Source of the DNA: Candidatus Iainarchaeum sp. | GTDB lineage: Archaea; Iainarchaeota; Iainarchaeia; Iainarchaeales; CSSED10-239 | Assembly (NCBI GenBank): GCA_937968065.1 | Contig: CALBUD010000054.1 | Span: 1-12,320, forward strand | Direction: 5' to 3' | Length of the DNA stretch: 12,320 bases | Part shown: positions 6,926 through 12,320 of the stretch, piece after piece | Numbering within the stretch: position 1 is the first letter of the stretch | How the letters are laid out: each line of letters opens with the position of its first letter | Notes under the pieces: generated by a model | Told to the model about the DNA's origin: nothing | Databases searched by the model: none | What the model saw: the letters and a program-made list of their open reading frames with translations, nothing else | Position numbers and translations under genes: made by a program

Positions 6926-7621
6926 TTAAACAAAAATAAGATATATTAAAATTGAAAGTGCTCCTGCAAGAAATGTTGCAAGAAAATTAGTATGATTATT
7001 ATTAAATATTTTATTTCTTTCAAGAGTTGCTCCAATATAACTATCTATAATAGATCCTAAGATTCCACAAATAAATAAAATAATAATAAATATCATTTGA
7101 TATCCTACAATATAAAAGAAAATTGCAGATATTAATGAAGCAAAAGTTGCTGCGGTTATTCCTAAAATAGTTACTCCTCCAGAAGTTCCTTTTTCTACAG
7201 TTTTAAATGTAGTTATAAGTATAGGTTTTATTCTGGAAAGCTTTCCAATCTCTGATGAAAAAGTGTCTGCAAAAGCTGCATTTATTGAAACTATGCTTGC
7301 AAGAACAAATAAATGAAATTCTAAAATTCCAAGATTTGTAAAAATAAATCCCACTATTAAAAAAATAACTGCTGCAAGACAGTTTCCAATAATATTTAAA
7401 TAATTTCTTTTTTCATGTTTTTTATTAAATATTAAAGTAATTCCTTCTGCCATTGCAAAAAACATAATTACATATATTACTGCAAAAACATCTACAAAAT
7501 ATAACACAGTACTTAATAAAACATAGATTAAAGAAATAGTGAATAAATCATATCCTCTTAAAAGATGTAAAAAAACTCCAATTAAAATAAAAAAAATAAA
7601 ATAAAGAATATATAAAGGCAT
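6926..7621 (-). CDS. DUF92 / TMEM19 / COG1836-family integral membrane protein
   Basis: Polytopic membrane protein with the diagnostic stretch 'FADTFSSEIGKLSRIKPILITTFKTVEKGTSGGVTILGITAA' (DUF92 consensus aDTwaSEiG.ls...P.lItt.k.V.pGtnGGvS..Gt.A). It starts 6 nt after the rps3ae stop. Confidence 0.75.
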   Translation of the reverse strand: MPLYILYFIFFILIGVFLHLLRGYDLFTISLIYVLLSTVLYFVDVFAVIYVIMFFAMAEGITLIFNKKHEKRNYLNIIGNCLAAVIFLIVGFIFTNLGILEFHLFVLASIVSINAAFADTFSSEIGKLSRIKPILITTFKTVEKGTSGGVTILGITAATFASLISAIFFYIVGYQMIFIIILFICGILGSIIDSYIGATLERNKIFNNNHTNFLATFLAGALSILIYLIFV

Positions 7622-7627
7622 AAGCTA

Positions 7628-8194
7628 TCATATTATTTTTGCTTTAACAACAAGCACTTTATTAACATACCCTAATTTAACTAATTTTTTTTTAAGTTTT
7701 TCTGAAAACTTTTGAAAAACAATAGTCGCCCATGTTTCTTTAATTGTTTTTTCTTTAATTTCTTCAGTTATATGTTCTTGAATTATTTGTCTTGCTTGAG
7801 TTCTATTTGCAGTTGGAAACTTTGTGCTTGATAAAAATAAAACTTTTAGTTTAAGTTTTTGTTTATCTTTTGTTTCTACAAAAAAGATATTTTCAATTTT
7901 TGATTTTCCTCTTCTTACTAATCTTTTAAGATTTGCCACTTTTGTGTCATACTCTTGTATCTTTGTTTCTGCTGTTGTCCCTGTAATTTTATAAATTTTA
8001 AAAATAATAACATGCCCAGAATCTTTTATATTTGAGGTTAAATCATTTAATGATTTTTTTACACTTCTTCCAATTAAATTTTTATTTTCAAGAGCTACTG
8101 TTTTTGCAATTTCTTTAGAATCAAATATAGGATCTGCTAAAACATTATACCATTTTTTCTTTTTCCAGTTATCTGTTGTTTTCTTTTTTACCAT
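7628..8194 (-). CDS. rps3ae: 30S ribosomal protein eS1 (S3Ae)
   Basis: N-terminal 'WKKKKWYNVLADPIFD' (eS1 hallmark K.KKWY.i.AP..F), 'GRSVKKSLNDLT', 'IIFKIYKITGTTAET' and 'LKRLVRRGKSKIE'. Its 188-aa length is typical. Confidence 0.9.
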   Translation of the reverse strand: MVKKKTTDNWKKKKWYNVLADPIFDSKEIAKTVALENKNLIGRSVKKSLNDLTSNIKDSGHVIIFKIYKITGTTAETKIQEYDTKVANLKRLVRRGKSKIENIFFVETKDKQKLKLKVLFLSSTKFPTANRTQARQIIQEHITEEIKEKTIKETWATIVFQKFSEKLKKKLVKLGYVNKVLVVKAKII

Positions 8195-8216
8195 GTTTTC
8201 TACACCATTTTAAAAT

Positions 8217-8618
8217 TTATTTAACAAGTAATTTTGCTTCTTCATCTGAATATCTCCAAGTTTTTGGTAAAATTCCTTGTTTTATGTAATATTTTTTAAG
8301 TCTGTTTATTTTTGAAACTGTTAATTGATATCCAAGCTTTCCTCTGGTATCTTTTTTGTTTCCTTCTTTATGTTTTATAAGTTTTACAGCTTTTCTTATT
8401 AGTGCCATTAAATCATCTGGTATTTTTTTCTTAATGTTTAATTCTTTTTGAATTTTTGTAATTTTTTTACCAGTTTCTTTTTTTGTTTTTAAAACATTTA
8501 ATTTTTTAAGTTCAAGACCTATTTTTGCTGCACTTTCTCCTTTTTTTGAAAGTTCTTCAATTTTTTTAAAAATCTCTTCTTTTTCTAATTTTTTAGTAGT
8601 TTCTTTTTTTTCAACCAT
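8217..8618 (-). CDS. rps15: 30S ribosomal protein uS15 (archaeal S15 / S13e-type), N-terminally short
   Basis: 'IPDDLMALIRKAVKLIKHKEGNKKDTRGKLGYQLTVSKINRLKKYYIKQGILPKTWRY' matches the uS15 core (PEDLy.LIKKAv.lRKHLe.NkkD...k..L.l.ESkI.RL.kYY...g.LP..WkY). An in-frame TGA lies 3 codons upstream of the ATG. Confidence 0.9.
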   Translation of the reverse strand: MVEKKETTKKLEKEEIFKKIEELSKKGESAAKIGLELKKLNVLKTKKETGKKITKIQKELNIKKKIPDDLMALIRKAVKLIKHKEGNKKDTRGKLGYQLTVSKINRLKKYYIKQGILPKTWRYSDEEAKLLVK

Positions 8619-8746
8619 ATTTAATCATGTTTTTTATATTTTATAATTGTTTTTAATTTTTGTTGTTGTCATATAAAAAGTAACAATATATTATATATAT
8701 TTAATATTACGATGTATTTATATATATTATTATTTAATCCCTTATT
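8619..8746 (-). promoter_or_regulatory. Promoter-containing spacer upstream of the rps15-rps3ae-DUF92-archaeosortase-like gene string
   Basis: This 128-nt spacer is extremely AT-rich. On the - strand 'ttataaaatataaaaa' (complement of about 8631-8648) lies about 13-30 nt upstream of the rps15 ATG, which is compatible with a TATA box driving a leaderless or short-leader mRNA. Confidence 0.35.
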
Positions 8747-9316
8747 TTAAAGATATCTTGCTCTTTTCTCAATAACCTCTATTTGTTTTAAAATCTGTTT
8801 GTTTTTTGTTTTTTTCAAGTATCCTTTTATAATGTCTTTCCAAAAATATTCTGTTTTTTTAAGTGCTTTTAAGGTTTTTTTAAAAACTAAAAGGTCTGTT
8901 GCTTTATCTTCAAGTTTGAAAGATACATACCCTAATCCAAAATCAATAAAATAAATTTTATCTTTATTAGTGATTATGTTTATTAGATTTAAGTCTCCAT
9001 GTATGATGTTATTGTTATGTAATTTTGCAATTTCTTCTCCGATCTCAAATAATTTTTTAGTGTGTTTTTTTTCATTATATATATATTCCATAATTATTTT
9101 ATTTTCAGAAACATAATAAATATATGGAGAATTTAGATTTATTTTTTTAATTTTGTTTAAAAGAAAAACCTCTTCTTTATTTCTTGTCTTAATCATCTTT
9201 TTATCTAGAAAAGGATGTCTATATTCTTTTGAAATTCTTTGTTTGATACATATATCTTTTTTAAATAATTTAGATTTATAAATAATGGCTTCAGCACCAT
9301 GTGCTATTTCAATCAT
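8747..9316 (-). CDS. bud32: Bud32/PRPK-type Kae1-associated kinase (KEOPS subunit)
   Basis: 'HGAEAIIY' (GAEA glycine loop), 'ICIKQR' (catalytic Lys), 'YRHPFLDKKMIKTRNKEEVFLL' (Bud32 hallmark Y.h..LD...r..Rt..E), 'HGDLNLIN' (catalytic loop) and 'IDFGLG' (DFG). Its 189-aa length is typical of the minimal RIO-like Bud32 fold. Confidence 0.85.
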   Translation of the reverse strand: MIEIAHGAEAIIYKSKLFKKDICIKQRISKEYRHPFLDKKMIKTRNKEEVFLLNKIKKINLNSPYIYYVSENKIIMEYIYNEKKHTKKLFEIGEEIAKLHNNNIIHGDLNLINIITNKDKIYFIDFGLGYVSFKLEDKATDLLVFKKTLKALKKTEYFWKDIIKGYLKKTKNKQILKQIEVIEKRARYL

Positions 9317-9328
9317 AATAATCTAGTT

Positions 9329-9829
9329 TTATCTACAAACAGTTAGTTTTTCTACATCTATTCGATATGTAAAATAAGTTTGTTTAGTATTTTTTAAAAA
9401 CAAAACATAACTATCTATATTTAAGCTTTCGTATTTTTTAGTATTTATTTTTTCAAAATCAAATAATAATTTATCTATTTTAGTATCTATTGAATTTATT
9501 TTTAGTTTTAAATCTCTTGATATACAATCTTCTCGAACAACAGAAGCTCTAAATAAAAGTTTATCTACTTCTGAGATTTCTTGATTTAATTTTACAAAAT
9601 CTATAATAATAGCCGTTGCTTCAGTGTCTTTTATTTTTGATAATCTTAATATATATTCATTAGTGTTATAAGGCACCAACAATTCTTTAGAAACCCCAAA
9701 TTCTTCATTAACACTAATAATTTCTTTAACAGTATTTTGTTTAAATTGCCACATAAACAAAAACACAAAAAGAACAATTATTATGATAATTATTAAATCT
9801 CCTAAAAAACTAACTTTTTTATTTTCCAT
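9329..9829 (-). CDS. Hypothetical single-pass membrane protein
   Basis: ATG start with a 166-codon ORF. One N-terminal TM helix (LGDLIIIIIIVLFVFLFMW) is followed by a Lys/Glu-rich soluble part. It is wedged between valS (6 nt gap) and bud32 (12 nt gap), so it is likely co-transcribed. No family recognised. Confidence 0.55.
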   Translation of the reverse strand: MENKKVSFLGDLIIIIIIVLFVFLFMWQFKQNTVKEIISVNEEFGVSKELLVPYNTNEYILRLSKIKDTEATAIIIDFVKLNQEISEVDKLLFRASVVREDCISRDLKLKINSIDTKIDKLLFDFEKINTKKYESLNIDSYVLFLKNTKQTYFTYRIDVEKLTVCR

Positions 9830-9835
9830 TCATTC

Positions 9836-12271
9836 TCAAATTATAATTTTTAGTTTTAAACCTTCATATTCATAATTAAAATCATCAACTTCATTTACTG
9901 TTTCAATTTCTTTTGAAGTTGTTACTGCAAGAAGGTCTTCTAGATATCCATTATATGTTTTATCTGTATATATAATTATCTTTTTAATCTCTGTTTTAAG
10001 TGAAAGATTGTTCTTAGATTTATAGTTCCTAATTGCTGAAACTATTTTTAAAATTTCTTGAGAGGTTTCAACATCGTCTTTTTCAATATTTGTTTTTTCT
10101 GGATATTTTAAAAGATGCACAGATTTTTCTTTTTCATGTTTTATAAAATATGCTTGGTAAAGTTCTTCTGTTATAAAAGGCATAAATATAGAATAAAGCT
10201 TAATTATTTCAATAAAGGTTTTATATAAAACAAACTTTGCAGATTTTTGTTCTTTTTCTCCTCTTCTTTCAGGATTATATAATCTATCTTTAACAATTTC
10301 AAGATAATTATCACATAATTCTTTCCAAAAGAAATGATTAATCTCATAGAATGCTTTTGAATATTCGTAGTTTTCTAAATGTTTATCTGTTTCTTCTATT
10401 AATTTATTTAGTTTATTAAGAAGATAAACATCTATTTTTTGTGTAAGATTTAAATCTTTTTCATCTGGATTATATTCGTTAAGATGCATTATTGCAAATT
10501 TTGTAGAATTAAATAATTTTACAATAGTTTTTTGTCCTGTGATTAATTCTTTCTCTTGATAAGAAAGATCTTGTCCAGGTTTACAAATTCCAGCCATATA
10601 TCTTAAAGCATCTGCTCCATATTTATCAAAAAGATAAGTTGGTTCAATAACATTTCCTAAAGATTTAGACATTTTTTTACCATCAGAACCAAGTATCCAT
10701 CCATTAATATAAACATAATTCCATGGTATTTGATTAAAATGCATTTTTGATTTTACAAGAGTGTTAAATAACCAAAAAGATATAATATCATGTCCTTGAC
10801 ATCTAAGATCCATTGGTTTATTTTTTATAAGTTCATATGTTTTATGTTCTTTTAATTTTTCTTTAATAATTAAAGGAGTTAAAGAACTAGTTGCCCAGGT
10901 TGTCATAACATCTTTTTCAGGAACTATATTTTTAGAATTACATTTAGGACAGTTACTAACGGGTGGTTTTGAGGAAATTGGATCTATTGGCAAATCATTT
11001 TCATTTGCAATAATAATTTCTTCACATTCTTGACAAATCCATAAAGGAAAAGGAATTCCATAATATATTTGTCTTGATATACACCAATCCCAATTAAGTC
11101 CTTTTACCCAATTATAATATCTATGTTTATAAAAATCAGGAATCCATTTAAATTCATCAGCCCATAAAACCATTTCTTCTTTTATATCTAAATATCTTAA
11201 AAACCATTGTTTTGATTTAATAAATTCGATTGGAGTTTTACATCTTTCATGTGTATTTACAGGATGATTGATTTGTTTTTGAGAAGTTAAAAGTCCAGCT
11301 TCTTTTAAATCTTTAATAATTTCTTTTCTAGCCTCTTCTATTTTTAAATCTTTATATTTTCCTGCAAGTTCACTCATTTTCCCATTTTTTAAGATAGATT
11401 CTTTTATAGGAAGTGAATGTATTTTTTGCCATTCAACATCAGTTATGTCTCCAAAAGTACAACACATTACAAGTCCAGTGCCTTTATTAATATCTGCTTT
11501 AGCATCTTCTAAAATAGGAACTTTAAAATCAAATAAAGGTACTTTTGCAAATTTTCCTTTTAAATCTTGATATCTTTCATCTTTAGGATTGAAAAATAAA
11601 GCAACACAAGAAGATAAAAGTTCTGGTCTTGTTGTTGATACTATTAATTTTTCATCATCATCTGTAATAAAAATAATATCATTAAAAAAAGATGGTTTTT
11701 CAATATCTTCTAAATCAACTTGCGCTACTGCTGTTTGACAGTTAGGGCACCACATAGTTGGGGCTTCCATTCTATAGATTTTACTTTTATTAAATAACTC
11801 TATAAATGATTTTTGTGAAATTTTTCTACATTCTTGATCAATAGTTGTATAATAAAAAGACCAATCAATACTCATTCCTAATCTTTTAAAATTATCTATG
11901 TAGTCTTGTCTAAGTTCTTTTTCTAAAGTATCAAGACAGAGTTTAACAAACTCTTCTCTTTCCATGTTTTGTGCTCTAACATTTTTAATTTTTTCAATAA
12001 GTTTTTGAGTTGGAAGTCCATTATCATCCGTTCCAAAAGGAAGCAATACATTATAACCTTTAAGTCTTTTATATCTTGCAAAGAAATCATGTTGAGCACC
12101 TCCATAAGCATGCCCCATGTGTAATTTTCCAGAAATTGTTGGAGGTGGAGAGTCAATTGTGTAAATTGGTTTTTCTATATTATCTCTATCAAAAGCATAT
12201 ATCTTTTCTTCTATCCAGTATTCTGACCATTTTTTTTCAGATTCTAACGGATCGTATTTTTTTTTAAGTTC
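9836..12271 (-). CDS. valS: Valine--tRNA ligase (ValRS), 5'-partial because the contig ends
   Basis: Class Ia motifs: 'PPPTISGKLHMGHA' (HIGH; His57 codon at 12119-12121), 'KMSKSLGNVIEP' (KMSKS), 'TTRPELL', archaeal-type 'GTGLVMCCTFGD', 'WCISRQIYYGIPFPLW', and Zn knuckles 'CPNC' / 'CQEC' / 'CPKC'. The native N-terminal sequence starts at '...ELKKKYDPLESEKKWSEYW', so only a few codons are missing. The ORF-track residues MCSSDL are encoded by adapter sequence. Confidence 0.9.
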   Translation of the reverse strand, partial: ELKKKYDPLESEKKWSEYWIEEKIYAFDRDNIEKPIYTIDSPPPTISGKLHMGHAYGGAQHDFFARYKRLKGYNVLLPFGTDDNGLPTQKLIEKIKNVRAQNMEREEFVKLCLDTLEKELRQDYIDNFKRLGMSIDWSFYYTTIDQECRKISQKSFIELFNKSKIYRMEAPTMWCPNCQTAVAQVDLEDIEKPSFFNDIIFITDDDEKLIVSTTRPELLSSCVALFFNPKDERYQDLKGKFAKVPLFDFKVPILEDAKADINKGTGLVMCCTFGDITDVEWQKIHSLPIKESILKNGKMSELAGKYKDLKIEEARKEIIKDLKEAGLLTSQKQINHPVNTHERCKTPIEFIKSKQWFLRYLDIKEEMVLWADEFKWIPDFYKHRYYNWVKGLNWDWCISRQIYYGIPFPLWICQECEEIIIANENDLPIDPISSKPPVSNCPKCNSKNIVPEKDVMTTWATSSLTPLIIKEKLKEHKTYELIKNKPMDLRCQGHDIISFWLFNTLVKSKMHFNQIPWNYVYINGWILGSDGKKMSKSLGNVIEPTYLFDKYGADALRYMAGICKPGQDLSYQEKELITGQKTIVKLFNSTKFAIMHLNEYNPDEKDLNLTQKIDVYLLNKLNKLIEETDKHLENYEYSKAFYEINHFFWKELCDNYLEIVKDRLYNPERRGEKEQKSAKFVLYKTFIEIIKLYSIFMPFITEELYQAYFIKHEKEKSVHLLKYPEKTNIEKDDVETSQEILKIVSAIRNYKSKNNLSLKTEIKKIIIYTDKTYNGYLEDLLAVTTSKEIETVNEVDDFNYEYEGLKLKIII

Positions 12272-12272
12272 T

Positions 12273-12320
12273 AGATCGGAAGAGCACACGTCTGAACTCC
12301 AGTCACACAGTGATCTCGTA
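12273..12320. other. Illumina TruSeq indexed adapter (sequencing artefact) at the contig end
   Basis: AGATCGGAAGAGCACACGTCTGAACTCCAGTCAC + ACAGTG + ATCTCGTA matches the TruSeq read-1 read-through adapter, a 6-nt index (ACAGTG) and the start of the P7 tail (ATCTCGTATGCCG...). Confidence 0.97.

Noticed and set aside
9329-9829. Possible Cgi121 (KEOPS) identity of the 166-aa ORF upstream of bud32, based on position and a faint 'LLFRAS' resemblance to the Cgi121 'L.RASG' region
   Set aside because: The similarity is a few residues only, and the protein has a strong N-terminal TM helix that Cgi121 lacks. It is kept as hypothetical, and a profile-profile test is suggested.
11923-12267. Two short ORFs (77 aa on the - strand, 63 aa on the + strand) overlapping the 5' part of valS
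   Set aside because: Both lie inside the strongly conserved HIGH-motif region of ValRS in other frames. They are spurious.
12272-12289. ATG start and 'MCSSDL' N-terminus of the 817-aa ORF
   Set aside because: These codons are the reverse complement of Illumina adapter bases. valS is called as 5'-partial, ending at 12271.

Overview
This is a very AT-rich, tightly packed archaeal contig fragment. Hand counts of single 60-nt lines give about 23% GC in low-complexity parts and about 40-43% in conserved parts. Archaeal identity rests on archaeal/eukaryal-type ribosomal proteins eS1 (S3Ae) and uS15 (S13e-type), a Bud32/PRPK kinase, a NOG1-like GTPase, the secF-then-secD gene order, an archaeal-type ValRS and a class III (pilin-type) signal peptide. 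The small intergenic gaps (0-38 nt inside gene strings) and trimmed proteins suggest a small-genome, DPANN-like archaeon; that is inference only. I support 11 real CDSs. On the + strand: a pilin-headed modular surface protein, secF, secD and an orphan membrane-anchored protein. On the - strand: NOG1-like GTPase, a mini exosortase/archaeosortase-family protein, a DUF92/TMEM19-family membrane protein, rps3ae, rps15, bud32, an orphan membrane protein and valS. No rRNA, tRNA, CRISPR array or transposase is visible. The last 48 nt (12273-12320) are Illumina TruSeq adapter, not biology, and they create the false start codon of the valS ORF. Three things deserve most attention. First, the 590-aa protein at 17-1789 combines an archaeal type IV pilin-like N-terminus, three Ig/PKD-like repeats and a C-terminal DUF1566 (Lcl C-terminal-like) domain, which makes it a candidate pilus-tip or surface adhesin. 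Second, the 145-aa archaeosortase-like protein retains the CSG / NxxR / His core. It lies directly downstream of a DUF92 membrane protein, with no recognisable sorting-signal substrate in the window. Third, the NOG1-like GTPase appears to lack the NKxD (G4) motif. All family assignments come from reading motifs by eye and need HMM or structure confirmation.
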